Both the position numbers and the translations under genes were made by a program. Shown here in pieces: positions 1-13,791 of a DNA stretch of 64,000 nucleotides. Source of the DNA: Blastocladiella emersonii ATCC 22665 (lineage: Eukaryota; Fungi; Blastocladiomycota); NCBI GenBank assembly GCA_025594325.1, contig JANHCV010000004.1:62001-126000 (forward strand). Reading direction: 5' to 3'. Under the pieces are notes generated by a model. The model made no database searches, was not told the origin of the DNA, and saw nothing but the letters and a program-made list of their open reading frames with translations. The stretch's first letter is position 1. The number at the start of each line of letters is the position of its first letter.

Positions 1-2963
1 GTCGAGCTCGACCGCGGGGAGGATCAGGCTCGCGTCGCCCGAGTGCACGCCCGCGTTCTCGACGTGCAGCGACACGGCGTCCGCAATCAGCGCGCCCTGG
101 TACGCCACGCCGTCCACATCAATCTCGTGCGCGCCCTCGATGAACTGCGTCACGACCACCGGGTGCTTGGGCGACACGCTCGCCGCCAGCGACAGGTACT
201 CGGTCAGCTCGCCCGCGTTGCGCGCCACGCGCATCGCCGCACCCGACAGCACGTACGACGGGCGGACCAGCACCGGGTACCCGACGCGCTCGGCAAACGC
301 CACCGCCTCGGCCGGCGTCGTCAGCTGCTGCCACTGCGGCTGCGCCACGCCCGCCGCGTCCAGCACCTGCGAGAACTGGTGCCGGTCCTCGGCCGCGTCG
401 ATCATCTTGGGCGAGGTCCCCAGCACCGCGCACCCGGCCGCGGACAGCGGCAGCGCAATGTTCTGCGCCAGCTGGCCGCCCACGGAAACCACCACGCCCG
501 TCGCCGCCTCGGCCTGGTAGATGTCGAGCACGCGCTCGAGCGACAGCTCCTCAAAATACAGGCGGTCGGCCTCGTCGTAGTCGGTCGACACCGTCTCGGG
601 GTTGTAGTTGACCATGACCGTTTTCTTGCCCATGCCGCGCAGCGTGCGGATCGCCGACACGCCGCACCAGTCGAACTCGACCGACGACCCGATCCGGTAC
701 ACGCCCGACCCGAGGACCATGGTGCCGTGGGCGTCAAACGTCACGTCGTGGGCGCTGCCGTGGTACGTCATGTACAGGTAGTTGGTGTCGGCGGGGAACT
801 CGCCGGCAACGGTATCGATGCGCTTGATCCAGGGGGTGACGCCGAGCTGCGTGCGGTGCGCGCGCACCGCGAGCTCCGACGGCTGCGACGTGAGGGCGCC
901 GGCGATCTGCTTGTCCGAGAACCCGAGCTGCTTGGCGGTGCGCACCGTGGTCGCGTCGAGCGTCGACAGGTCCGCGTGCGTGGACAGCGCGCGGTGCGCC
1001 GTGGCAATGTTGGCCAGCTTGTACAGGAACCACCGGTCCACCTTGGTGATCTCGAACAGCTCGTCGACCGTGTGCGTGCCGCGGTGCAGGGCCTCGCTCA
1101 GGTGGAACATGCGCGTGTCCGACGGCTTGGCCAGCAGCGCCGTGAGCCGCGACTTGGCCGCCTCGAGCGACTCGGCCGCGGGCGCAGCCTGCGGCGCGAA
1201 CCCGTCAATCGAGGGGTCGACCATGCGCATGGCCTTCTGCAGCGACTCCTCGAAGGTGCGGCCAATGGCCATGACCTCGCCGACCGACTTCATCTGCGAC
1301 CCGACGCTACGGCCGACGTGCGCGAACTTGGCGAGGTCCCAGCGCGGGATCTTGGTGACCACATAGTCGAGCGACGGCTCGAAGCACGCGGTGGTGGTCT
1401 TGGTGACGCCGTTGCGCAGGTCGGGCAGGCTGTAGCCTAGCGCGATCTTGGCGGCGACGAGGGCGAGCGGGTAGCCCGTGGCCTTGGACGCGAGCGCCGA
1501 CGACCGCGACAGGCGCGCGTTGACCTCGATGACGGCGTACTCGAGCGTGTCCGGGTTGAGCGCGTACTGCACGTTGCACTCGCCGACGACGCCGAGGTGG
1601 CGGATGATGCGGATCGCGGCGGTGCGCAGCATGTGGTACTCCTGGTCCGACAGCGTCTGCGACGGCGCGACGACCACGCTGTCGCCCGTGTGGACGCCGA
1701 GCGGGTCGAGGTTTTCCATGTTGCACACGGTGATGCAGTTGTCCTCGGCGTCGCGGACCACCTCGTACTCGACCTCCTTCCACCCCTTCATGGACCGCTC
1801 GACGAGGATCTGCGGCGACAGCGTCAGGGACTGCGTCGCGAGCGCGTGCAGCTCGTCCGCGTCGTTGGCGAAGCCGGACCCGAGGCCGCCGAGCGCGAAC
1901 GCGGACCGCACGATGACCGGATAGCCGATATCCTTGGCCGCGGCGAGGGCCTCGTCGACCGTCTCGACGGCAACGCTGGTGGCGATCGGGATGTCGATCT
2001 CCTGCAGGGCCTTGGCGAACAGGTCGCGGTCCTCGCTTCTCTCCAGGGTGGAGATCTGCGTGCCGAGCACCTTAATCTTGTACTTTGCGAGGACGCCCGA
2101 CTTGTCGAGGGCAATGCCGACGTTGAGCGCCGTCTGGCCGCCGAAGGTGAGCAGGATGCCGTCGGGGCGCTCCTTGGCGATCACCTCCTCGACGTACTCG
2201 GGGGTCACGGGCAGGAAGTAGACGCTGTCGGCGAGGTTGCGGTCCGTCTGCACCGTGGCGATGTTCGGGTTGATGAGGATCGTGTGCACGCCCTCGTCCT
2301 TGAGCGCCTTGATGGCCTAGGTGGGTCGCGCGTAGGTCGGTGTCAGCGACTGTCCCGAGTGCGGATCAGAGCGAGGAGAAAAAGGCTCGTACTTGGCTAC
2401 CCGAGTAGTCAAACTCGCCAGCCTGGCCGATGGAGAGGCCGCCAGAGCCAATGACGAGCACGCGCTTGGCCAGGGGCACGCGGGCCGACGAAAAGGTGGG
2501 CTCGGAGGCCGTGGCGCCGGCGGCGTTGGACGAACCGGACGCGGCAGCAGCAGCAGCAGCCGACGTCGAGTGCCACCGGTAGCCGCCGACGTTGAGGACG
2601 ACCGACTTGGGGTACGGCTTCGGACCGGCTACGGCTGCGGGGGCGCCGGGCTTGGTCCATGGCCACGCGCCCGAGGTGGTGGCGACGGTTACTGGGCGAT
2701 GTGCCGCGACGGAGAAGGACCTGTTGGGCGAGGATCGAGCGAGCGATGAGTGTGGGATCACGGGGACTTGGTAAGGACGAGGAGCACGCGTACCGCTTGC
2801 CGGGTAGAGCGCCAGGTAGACACGGCGGGTGCGGATTCGAGGGCACGGTGGCGGCCGACGACAGGGCGCGGGTACGAAGCAGGCCGCGGTGCGGCAGGCT
2901 CGAGGCGCGGAGGCGGAGGGGATTGGAAGCGACGGCAGCCGACAGACGAAGCATCATGGTCAT
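1..2963 (-). CDS. CPA2: Carbamoyl-phosphate synthase large chain, arginine-specific type with mitochondrial presequence; 3' part runs off the window. Introns 2721-2793 and 2317-2392
   Basis: Spliced translation gives hallmark CPS motifs: [23 protein letters not shown]|[65 protein letters not shown]. The N-terminus is Arg/Ser/Ala-rich ([11 protein letters not shown]). Splice phases are consistent. Confidence 0.95.
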
Positions 2964-3049
2964 AGAATCCGTTGCACGGGAGGAAGGACGTCGCTGAGCG
3001 AGGCGACTGGTACCGAGAGCGAGAGAGGGAGGACGGGGCAGCGGCCGCG

Positions 3050-3056
3050 TTTTATA
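3050..3056 (-). promoter_or_regulatory. TATA-like box (TATAAAA) upstream of CPA2
   Basis: TTTTATA on the + strand, ~90 nt upstream of the CPA2 ATG in otherwise GC-rich DNA. Confidence 0.5.
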
Positions 3057-3573
3057 GTCGGCAGGCGGAAGCGTGGGGGTGCCCGTCCGCGACGGCGGCA
3101 GCGACGCGCGGCCGCGAGCCGGTCCCCGATGCCCTGACAAGGCGAGATAACCCGAATCTCGCAGCGGGACACGTGACCCGACTCACAGATTTCCGATATC
3201 GCCCGCAGGCAAGCCTCGCGCCTGCTTGATCTGCAGCCAATGGATGCGCTCGCTCGAATCACCTCCGCGGCGCTCGGAGATCTCCGCCGCTTGCCCGCGC
3301 ACCTGCTCGCGTCCAGCGCGTATGCCTCGTGGCGCTCGGCTCGGCTCGGTCCGCGGACGTCCATGCCTTCGTCGACGGTCGACGGCCGCCTAATTTCGCG
3401 CGCGAGATGAGGGCTGAACGGGCACGCGCGAGGGAGGAGGGTGCTGAAAGTCAAGTCGAGTCCAACTCTACTCGCCCGCCCGACCCGCCGACCCAACCCG
3501 CGCTCACATCGCTCTCTCCCCCACTCCTCACTAAACTGCTCTGAAGCTCATGGATCAGTAAAGTACCACCACC

Positions 3574-6500
3574 ATGTCATCGCCACGCCGTCCAACCGAG
3601 GCGGACCCGCTCCTTCCGCGCGGCCCTGCCCGCCGCACCCGCCGCATCAGCGCCAACGCCAACGTCAACCCGCCCCGCCGCCCGCTTGGCCTCGCCGTTG
3701 CGGCCACTGGTGCCATGACCCCCGGCGTATCGGGCTCGCCCGCCACGGCCACGCCTTCGTCCGCCGTCCCGCCGACCTTCGTCGCTGCTTCGCCGCGCAC
3801 CGCCACCCTCCTCTCCGAGGCCGCCGCCAACAACGATGCCACGCCCGTCGGCCGCAGCTACATCTCGCACTCGTCCTCGGCCGTCTCGCGCGCCTCCATG
3901 GTCCCCTCGGGTGCGCTGCGCTTCCTCAAACTCTCGCCCGCAAAGTCAAAGTCCCTGATTTGACTTCTCTTCCTGTTCGCCCACTTGTACAGAGCTCACG
4001 TCGTCGCTGACCTCGGCTGCCAGCGTCCGCGCCATGTCGCTGACTCTCGGCGGCACGCCGACCCCAACCCCGACGTCGGCCGAGCCCGCGCGCTCCTCGC
4101 GCCTGACGCTGCAGGTCCAGGCAACCCCCTTTGATACCACGCTCTCACCGCCCGTCACCCCCGCCGCCTCTTCTTTTGGCGGCTCGCGCCCCGGCACCAC
4201 CCCGCGCGAGTCGGCCCTCTCGGCTTTGCTCAAGTCGGGCCAGACCCCGCCTGCGCCTTCCTCGATGCCTTTTGCGACCGACTCGGCTGAGATCCCGCCG
4301 GTCCCTGCCCTCAGCATCTCGTCGCCGGGCGAGACCGCGCGCGCTGCCGCTGACATCCTTGCCCAGGAGACTGCCATTACTTCGGCCGCTGCTAATGCCC
4401 ACATCGAGTCGGAGCTTACTACGGGTCCCTTCTTCCCGCTCGACTCGGCTCTCGAGAGCGACCGCGAGTCGACTCTGCGCCACCCGAAGCGCGACGACGG
4501 TCGGACGAGCGACTTGTCGGCCGACGAAGATGACGACGAAGCTACCACGGCCCTTCTGGGCGCGGACATTGGCTCGGCATTCTTCCCTTCGCACCAGGAC
4601 ACCAAGAAGCTTGCCGAGGCCGCCGCGGACGCGGGCCACCAAGCCGGCTACGGGACCTGGAGCGCTGCCTCGACCCACACCACTACTTCGGCGACTTATG
4701 CCACCGCCGAGAACCCGGCTTCAACCGCCGGGGTCGACGCAGACGCCCAGGAACTCGGCGAGGGCATGCACCTGGCCGCGGCCGCCGACGAGCCGTGGCG
4801 CAAGGGCTTCCTCCCGGCCATCAGCTATGCCGGCGGCGAGATTGCCAGCGTGCTTCCCGCTGTCTCGCTCGGCGTGATCCTCAACATCCTCGACTCGATC
4901 TCGTTCGGCATGATCGTGTTCCCGCTCTCGGACGCCGTCTTTGCCGACCTCGGCTCTGACGGAATCGCCATGTTTATGGTTTCTACGCTTGCTGGACAGC
5001 TCATTTTCAGCACGACGTCCACCTTTCGTTGCGGAGTTAGCTCGATGATCATAGAAATCATCCCGTTCTTGCACGTTATGGCAAGAACTGTAGCGGCCGA
5101 TCTGGTCCCCCTTGGCATCGATCCACTCCCTACGGTCATGGCTGCCTTCATTGCGTCCACGGTTCTCACGTCGATCGCATTCTTCTTGCTCGGCGCGTTC
5201 CGCCTGGGCAACGTGATGGGTTTCTTCCCTCGCCACATCCTCGTCGGCTCGATCGGCGGAGTTGGCTACTTCTTGCTGCAGACGGCCATCGAGGTCAGTG
5301 CCCACGTCAAGGTCGAATACACGCACGAGGCCCTCACCGACATGTTCCAGGCCACGGCCTTTGCCCAGTGGGGCATCTCGCTCGCCGTGGCCCTGGTCCT
5401 CCGCCTCGCCCTCACATTCCACCTCGATCGCAAGCTGCTCGGCGCCGACCCGCGCCGCCGCGGCATGTTCGTGCCGTGCTTCTTCCTCGTGGTCCCCATC
5501 TTCTTCCATGTTGCTCTTTACCTGATGCAGGTCGACGTCGAGGCGGCGCGCGAGCTCGGCTGGCTGTTCGAGCTGCCGGAGGACAAGCCGTTCTACAACT
5601 TTTACCGCCATGTGCGACCGGGTGACGTGGTGTGGAGCATCCTTCCCTCGCTGCTGCCTACCATGCTCTCGCTCACCTTCTTCTCCGTGCTTCACGTCCC
5701 GATCAACGTGCCCGCGCTCGCCGTGTCGACGCGCAGCGGCGTCAGTGTCAACCGCGAGCTGGCCAACCACGGCCTCGCCAACCTGCTCTCGGCCATGTGC
5801 GGATCGGTACAGTCGTACTTGGTGTATTCGACGTCCGTCATGCTTCACCGCTCAGGTGGCGACTCGCGGTGGGCTGGCTACACGCTTACCGTTCTGACGT
5901 TCTTGGTCTGGGTGTTTGGCGGGTCTCTCATGCGACTGGTTCCCACGATCGTCGTTGGTTCGCTTATGTTCCACCTCGGCATCGATTTGGCCAAGGAGGC
6001 CGTCTGGGACACGCGCGGCCTCGTCACGCCGCTCGAGTACTCGACAATCTGGCTCATCATCGGCAGTATGGCCGCGCTCGGCTTCACCGAGGGCGTGGGC
6101 GTCGGTCTTATCCTCGCCTGTATCTTCTTTGTTGCCACGTACGCGTCGCGCACCCACGACGCGGTCATCGCCCGCGAGCGCCGCGGCACCTTGTGGGGTA
6201 CGCCCGTCCGCCGGATGCCCGCGCACCGCGCTATTTTGCGCGAGCCGATGCGTCACGCGGTCCATGTCCTGGAGCTTCACGGTTTCGTGTTCTTCGGCTC
6301 GGTCCACCACATCACCAAGCGCGTCCAGAATTTGATTGATCCCGGGCGCAGCGTCGGCGCTGCGGCCGAGCTCGCCAAGGCGCGCCGCCGCCGTATCGTG
6401 TGGCCCGAGTACACGGACCCGGCGACATCGGCTGTCGTAGCCACGACGCCGGGCAGCGCGGCGGACCTTCACCGCCCGCAGTTCCTCGTCCTCGATTTCG

Positions 6501-7462
6501 CACACTGCCAGGATATCGACTTCAGCGCCGGCGAGGCCTTCGTCAAGCTGCAGCGCCTCCTCGCCGCGCACCACGTTGGGCTCGTCCTCGCGGGCGTGGG
6601 CGGCGACGGCCGCGGTCACATTGCACGCGCCCTGCAGCGCGCCGGCGTCTGGCCGACGCACCGCGCCGTCCCCGGCGACCGGTCCGGCATCGTGTGCTGC
6701 GCGACGCTGTCGGGCGCTCTTGAGTACTGCGAGAACGCGGTCCTCGCCGGTGTCGCCCTGCCGCCGCCGCCGCACGCCGTGGTCGCTCTCGCGACGCGTA
6801 ACGTCGACGCCGAGCGCGTGGTGCTCGCCGCCATGGTTCTCGGGACCGCCGGGAACGACGACGCGGAGCTGCGGCTTGACGCGCAGCTGTTCGCCGCGAC
6901 GACCGCGGACGGCAAACCGCTGTTCGAGCGCCGCGAGCTCGCCCCCGGCACGATTCTGTGGCGCGCCGGCGACGACGCCGACTCGGTCGCCCTCGTTCTC
7001 CGCGGCGCGCTGTGCGAAGCCCGCGTCGCGCCGTCCCCGGCCCTCCTCGGTGCGCGGTCGCGCGACTCGCTGGTCCTCCTCGGATCCGTCGCGGCTGCCG
7101 CTGCGGTCGCCGCCGCCTCGGAACACACCGAGGCTCTCGTGGCCGCGGCTGGCGAAGATCCGGACGAGGACGACCCCGCGGCGCGCTGGATGACGTCGCT
7201 CCCCGGTACCGCCGTAGGCGTGCGCGCCTTCGTGACGCGGACGGCGCGCCGGACCGCGTGCTGGGTCGCGCCGCTTGGCCACTTCCATTCCTCATCCGCG
7301 GCGCCGGGCGAGTCGTCGTCGTCGTCCGAGGGGGACGAGGACGAGCAGCAGCTCGCCATGACCACCGTCGTCTACCTCGTCCGCCGCGCTACGCTCGAGG
7401 GTATGGACCCCGTCGACGCTCTGCGCCTGGTGCGCTTGTTGGTCCGCGCCGACGAGCAGTGA
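3574..7462 (+). CDS. SulP/SLC26-family transporter with STAS and C-terminal cNMP-binding-like domain (yeast Vsb1/YGR125W-like architecture); intron 3911-3992
   Basis: Multi-TM core (LNILDSISFGMIVFP, IIEIIPFLH, HVPINVPALAV, NRELANHGLANLLS, SYLVYSTS), STAS (LELHGFVFFGS...FLVLDFAHCQDIDFSAGEAF) and a cupin-like tail (LWRAGDDADSVALVLRG). The phase-1 intron joins the ORF at 3574 to the ORF at 4034. Confidence 0.88.
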
Positions 7463-7592
7463 GTACGGGTCCAGTCCTGTTCATATGTATCAGTATGAGT
7501 TGTTTAATATCGAGTATATATTGAGGTTTCTTCGATCCGAATCAGGTGGAGTTGCGATTCCATGTCCTGTCCGCGCAATGGACGCACGCTGA

Positions 7593-10500
7593 TTATTTGG
7601 GCAGGCCCTTCGAGACGAGCTCGAGGAGCTCCTCCTGCGAAAGCCCCTCGACATCGAGGCCGTCGTCCATGAGCTCGCGCAGGCTATCCTGCGCTGCGGC
7701 TGCCGCGCCCGAGTCCGCGAGCGCCTCGGTGTGCACGCCGTTGCTGCCCACGGCCCGCTTGGTCGCGCCGTCGTGGTCTGCGCTCGCGCTCGAGGCAGGC
7801 GCCGGCGCGGTGATGTCGCGCAGGCCCTCGTGGCCGGCGACCGGGAACAGGGGCGTGAGGACGGCGCGGCGAATCTCGTTCTGGATCTCGAGGAAGTAGT
7901 CGTTGGTGAAGGAGAGCTGGGCAATGTCCTGCGACTTTTCGGCCGTGGCCTTGTGGCACAGCTCGAGGAACTCGAAGAAGGGCGCGACGTGCGCGTCGGG
8001 CATCGTGATCTGCTTCGGGTCCGGGTTCGCGTTGCCCGTGGAGTCCACGTACGACCGCGACGCGTTGCTGAGCATGTACGTGTACTTGATCTTCTCGTGG
8101 TCCTGCAGGCGGCGCATCGGCGACAGGCACAGGTACGTCACGTCGAGCATCGGCGTGGGGCCCCGCGCGGGCGACTGCGGCAGGTGGATGTAGATGCTGT
8201 GCAGGACCATGAAGCCGAAGGCGCCGCGGGCGTGGTCGTGCAGCTCGATAATGCGGTACCCGTCCTCCCACGCGTCGAAGATGCCGTGGACGAGCTTGAT
8301 GAGGTGCTGCGCGATATCGCCCGGCGAGTCCTTGGTGAGCTCGCTCGCAGGGACGGTCCGGAACGCACCCTTGCCCGCGTTGGCCAGCAAACGAATCGCC
8401 ATGCGCTCAAACACCTGCCGCTTCTCCTCGTCAGCCTCATCGTCCACGAAATCGTCGTCCAGGTCCTCCTCGTCCCCGTCGTCCTCATCCTCATCGTCGC
8501 GCGGCACATCCGACTGCCGGGGCATGAGGTGGAGGCACTGCGGGAACAGCGGCGCGATGCCGAGCTTGGGCGCGGCGACCGACAGGACGCGCGAGAGGAG
8601 CAGGGTGACGCGGCCCTGCTTGCGCGCAGCAAGCACCTTCTTGATGTGCGCGGGGCACGCGAGCCGCATCGTCTGCGGCTTGCCGTTAACCTTGAGCGTC
8701 GCCGCGCCGTTGCTGAGCGGCAGCTCCTTTTCCGTCTCGAGCCCGAGCTTCGCGTCCTCCTTGCCCGCCGGCAGCGTGAGCACGAGCTGGATGTCCTCCT
8801 CGGCCTCGATCGCGTGCAGCACGGGCAGCGTAAGCGAGGCCGCCTTGCCGAAGAAGGTCGGCCGCGACTGCAGAATCCCGTCGATGGCGCCGCGCAGCGA
8901 CCCGACGCGCACCTTGGTCAGCGTCACTTCAAACAGCGACTTGCCCTTGCTGACACCACCGAGCAGCGCCGACTCGCGCCCGCCGACCGCGGCGCCCTCG
9001 AACTCGCGATACAGGCCGAGGCGGAAGTTCTTGGTCGCCTGCTCGACGACGAACCGCGGCAGGTACGCCATGACCTGGACGTGCGACCGGTTGCGGATCA
9101 GGGTGACAGAGAGACTCTCGAACTGCAGGTTGCAGTTGGTGTCCTCGACCTTGAGCACGAGGTGCGGCGTCGGCGCCTTGCCGTAGTCGACGGGGAACAC
9201 GGCCTCGACCCGGTACAGGTACGTGTCGCGACCCATATCGTCGACGTCGACGGGGAACCCGTGCAGCTGCGCCTGCGTGAAGATCTCGGTCATGCTCGTG
9301 TGCATGGACCGCGCGTGCCGGATTCCGTGCCACAGCAGACCCATGTTCGGCCACGGCAGCGACGTGTGCGGCGTCGAGCCCGACCACACGAGCCGGCCCG
9401 AGGCGATGGCGTAGGCCAAAATCTTGGCGATGAGCGCGCCCGTGCTGAACGACGCGGCTGTTCGGAGCACGTGTGGGTGTGAGCTCATATAGCACCAACG
9501 AGGCGATCGAGGCAAGAACACGTACCGGCAGTTCGGACCTTGAGGTACGAGATGGTGCAAAGCGCCTCGGCGCACGCGACGATCGAGTTGCGGAGAAAGT
9601 CGGACTCGGAGAGCGAGACGGGAACAGTCGGGGCCTCGAGCTTGAGGAAGGCAAACTCCTCGAAGCAGCTGTCGCCGTACCGGGTCACCTGGGCCTTGTT
9701 CCAGGCAAACGGCTGGACCCACGTCGACCAGTGCCAGGTACTCGGCTGGTCAGCGAGCTGCACGCCGAACAGGGTTGGGAAGGTGGCAAGCGGGAGTCCC
9801 GTGACGCGCTCGAGGTACTCGGTGCGGGTCTTGGCGAGCGTGTACGCGTGGCGCGTGTGGGCAAAGAGAAGCGAGCGCGAGGTTGGGGTCGGCGGCTTCA
9901 TGAGCACCGAGCCGTGAAGCACGAGGTTCAGGATGCCGCAGGTGTCAAGCAGGTTGTACGTGTGGATGACGTCGAAGCGCTGCTTCGGGTCGGCAGCGAG
10001 CTCCTCCATGAGATTCACGGCGTGCGAGAGAGCAAAGGTAAGCGTGGTGGCGAACCCGGCCTTGGGCCGGTCGTTGCGGACCGAATCGTCGTCATCGTCG
10101 TAGTCCTCGTCGTCGTAGTCCTCGTCGTCGTAGTCGTCCTCGGGCTGGAGGGTCTCCTGCAGCGTGTAGACCCAGCCCTCGAGGGCATCCAGCATTCCGC
10201 GCTCGACTGTGCTGCGAGCGTAGTTGATGCAGGCGGCGTCGAACGGGAGCGTGCCGAAGAGCGAGTACACCGGGGTGCCGTCCTCGCGGAGAACGAGCAT
10301 GGTCGGGTTGACAACGGGGCGGCGGAAGTCGGCATCGCGGCTCTCGGCGTCAGCATCGCGCTTACGCCGCAGGTTGCGCTCGCACCGCGGGCGGCGCTTG
10401 TCGGCCTCGATGCAGTAGATGCCGTCGGATGCAAGACGCTCAACCTGGCAAGCCGTGACACCGAGATCCGTGGGGCCAAGCAGGTCGCCGTACTCGAGCT

Positions 10501-11221
10501 GCTGGCGCTTGATGTAGTCGCGCGCCTGCAGGTTCCCAAAGTTCTTGTTCTTGTTCTTGCCGCTGGCATCGGGGCGGGAAGCCGTCTTGGCGAAGGCGTC
10601 GCGCTTCCGCGAAAGCGACTGCGTGGACCAGTCGACGGCGAGCCACGAGCGCCAGCAGTGGCGGACGGCCTTGAGCGTGGCCTCGTCGCGGACGCGGATG
10701 GGCGAGTCGGCATCGAGCCAGTCGCGAGTAAGGCACTCGTGCATGCGGCCGTCCCAGTACTCGCGCGCGGCAGGCTCGAGCTGCAGCGACCACCACAGCT
10801 GGCCGACGAACTCGATGAACTCGGTGTAGTCGTCCTTGTCGGGCTCGCTGACGATGGCGTGCAGAAGCAGCAGGTTGCGCGCAATCACCTCGGCCTGCAG
10901 GTCGACGAGGAGGATGCCGAGGCGGGCCGAGCCGAACTTGGAGTTCGCGGCGTCGAGCGTGTGCGCGACATCGCGGAGGTCGCCGCACCCGCAGATGAGC
11001 GCGTCGAGCTGCTGGTGCTCGCGCACATTGTAGTACATGAAGAAGTCGCGCGGGTAGTCGCCGCCGAACGGGTGGAAGTAGTCGGCCTGCTCGGATCGGA
11101 GGAAGGTCGAGTTGGTCGCGGTCGGGACCGACACGCCGTACGGCACGTCAGCATCGCCCTTGGGGTAGTCGGCACCGCTCGTTGCGGCGGGTTTGGCCTT
11201 GGGCTTGGCTTTGGGCTTCAT
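7593..11221 (-). CDS. Large DUF4470-type (SAM-methyltransferase-like N-terminal domain) protein; intron 9458-9525
   Basis: LDALICGCGDLRDVAHT...ILLVDLQAEVIARNLLLL matches the DUF4470 pattern; VIHTYNLLDTCGILNL follows. A GTACGT..CAG phase-1 intron joins ORFs 9485-11404 and 7593-9722. Confidence 0.75.
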
Positions 11222-11578
11222 GGCAGCGGGGTGGGCGAGGAGAGGGCGTGCATGCTGGGTGCGGCTCTGAGAGCGACTCGATGCGATGCGATGCGACGAG
11301 TCGGCAGCGAACTGCTGCCTGCCACGGCCATCATCGCGCCGTCGCCAACTTCGCCTTTCCCCTCCCTCTCGTACAGATCGCTCTCTCCCACTATGAAACG
11401 TCAATGAAGTCGATGCATTCGTGAGTGCCCTAGTCTGAGCTGCCGCAGCGCCGCATCAAGCGTGGTCGCGGCGCTCCGGCGCGCGAACCTCATGCACGGC
11501 GCGAGTAGAGAACGTCGAGATGTATATACTGCGAACTAGATCATATCTTCGCCTGCTTCTGAAGCACGAGGTCGGAGC

Positions 11579-13518
11579 CTACTCTTCGCCCAGCTCCTTG
11601 ACGTTGACGTCGTCCTTGCTGGCGACGAGGGCCGACGAGTTCATGCGGTCGAGCACGGCGCGCATCTCGGCCGTGTACCCCTGGCCGGCGATGCCGAACA
11701 GGGCCTGTGCGGCGAGGGCGCCCGCGGTCCACAGGGCGAGCCCGGCGACGGACGCGACGAGCGGGACCAGGAACGCGAACAGGTCGTACCCGTTGCCCCA
11801 CCACGCCCACACGAACCCGTCGCCGAAGCTGCCCTGCGTGATCCACCCGTACCCGGTCAGCGCCGCGGCCGCGGACACGCTGCCGAACATCATCGTGTAC
11901 CCGGACACGTACCTGCGGTGCGGGTCGGCGAGCCCCGACAGCAGCGGCAGCACCGACCCCGTCGTGAGCAGGTTGCTGACGAGGAACAGGTTGAGCGCGG
12001 GCAGCGTGAGGAAGCCGACCGCCATGAGCGGCACGTTGATGAGGAACACGACGGCGCGCGTGAACCGGAGCGGGCGGTCGCGGAACAGGTTGGCCGTGAC
12101 CGTGGCCGTGAGCGCGTTCTGCACGCTGTCGACGGCCGACTGTTGTTGGTGGTATCGTTCAGTAATTAGGTCAGCCCGCGGGCGGGTGGGAGCAAGGCGC
12201 GTAAAAGCGTACCATGTTCATGGTCACGGCGAGGACCACGACCAGCACGCCGACCCAAGAGTACTGGCGGTCGCCCAGCACGTAGAAGAGAAACAGGTTG
12301 GCGTACTGCGCGTCGGTGCTCGGCGCAAACGCCCACATGCTCAGCAGGCCGCACGCGCCAAACGCCGCCATGGCGACCACGATGAGCGCGCACCCGAACG
12401 CCGCGCCCTTGCGCAGCGCCGCGGGGCTCTCGGCCGCCCACACGCGCTGCCAGTTGGCCTCGGAGAAGAAGGTGGACGCGACGAGCGAGCACGGCAGCGT
12501 CAGCACCGTGGACCACCCGTAGCTCGTGGCGCCGAGCGTGTCGTGCGGGAACGGCGGCAGGCCGCCCTCGAGCTGCGGGAACGTGACGGCGACGAACACG
12601 ACGAGCAGCGCCGTCAGGGCGAGGGCGAAGATGCCCTGCAGCTGGTCCGTGACAATGGAGATGAGCAGGCCGCCGTACGCCGTGTACGCGGCGGTGACGA
12701 GCGCGACGAGCACGATGATCGGGTACTGCGACGACTTGACGAAGGTCTCGAACACGGACCCGATGGTCGAGTACTCGCTGACGATGAAGAGGGCCATGCT
12801 GAGGATGCAGATGGCGGCGACAAAGACCTGGGCGACGCGGCCTATAGATGGGTGTGCGTGGTTGCGTAGGGCGCGAGTATGTGAGATTGAGCAGCGAGGG
12901 AAGTGTGTAAGGGCGGGTTGATCAGAAGAGTGATCGCGCCGTGCAGCGCGCGAAACAGCAGCGGCATACGGCGCCGCCACAGGCCGAGCCACCCACCCAC
13001 CCACCCACCCAACGACGACAACCACCTACGACCGCCGACAGGTGAGGGAGCGTACCGTAGCGCCAGAGCACAAAGTCGGACAGCGACAGCGGGCGCGGGA
13101 GCAGCCGCTGCATGCGCTCGCCGGCAAACGCGACGAGGACCGTCGGGATGCCCGTCGACACGGCGTACGACACGAGCCCAATGTACCCGGCCGTGGCCGC
13201 CATGTTGGCCGGCGTGGCAATGGCCCAGGCGCCGAGCGCGCCGGCAAAGAACGAGTACCCGATGCGCGCCCACGGCTGCGTCCCGCGCGCCGTGATGAAC
13301 TGCTCCGTGTCAAAGGCGTCGTCGCCGGCGGGCGGCTTGGGGGTTCCGGCGCCATCGTCGCTGCTGCTGTTCGACTTGCACCGCTGGGCAGCAGAGTGGC
13401 GGCGCGTGAGGAGGACCGCGGCCGAGGCAAAGGCGACGAGCGTGGTGACGCTGGCGGCCCACGTCCACGCAACAAAGGCGGTCCCGGGCTCGAGGCGCTG
13501 GATGGGGGTGGCCTCCAT
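11579..13518 (-). CDS. Sodium:solute symporter (SSS/SLC5-like) family transporter; introns 12842-13055 and 12140-12212
   Basis: Many TM helices and the motifs DTEQFITARGTQ, SFFAGALGAW, YTAYGGLLISIVTDQLQG, FFSEANWQRVWAA, SAVDSVQNA. Splice phases are consistent. Confidence 0.85.
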
Positions 13519-13791
13519 CTGGATAAACTTGTTGCTGCTGGGGCCTCGGGATGAGAGGATGGTGAGGAGGGTGGAGGAGGGCGGATGTGAGCAGGGGTTT
13601 TGAGCGGCCGGCCCCACCGCCCGAGCGAGCGGCCGACATGATCGGGGGCCAACCATCGACTTTGCCCGCTCACAGGGAATCACAGGGACAAATACGCTTG
13701 CTCTCGCGAGCGCGAGCGAGTGCGGGGAGAGAGACAATTTCATCCGCGAGAGTGTGGGCACGGCGCATGTGATGTATCCGAACAGTTGGTG

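Noticed and set aside
10090-10140. Short tandem repeats (DDEDY-coding, CCAC, GAC, CAG, SR tracts) as CRISPR-like or special arrays
   Set aside because: They are simple micro- or minisatellites without unique spacers, mostly encoding low-complexity protein.
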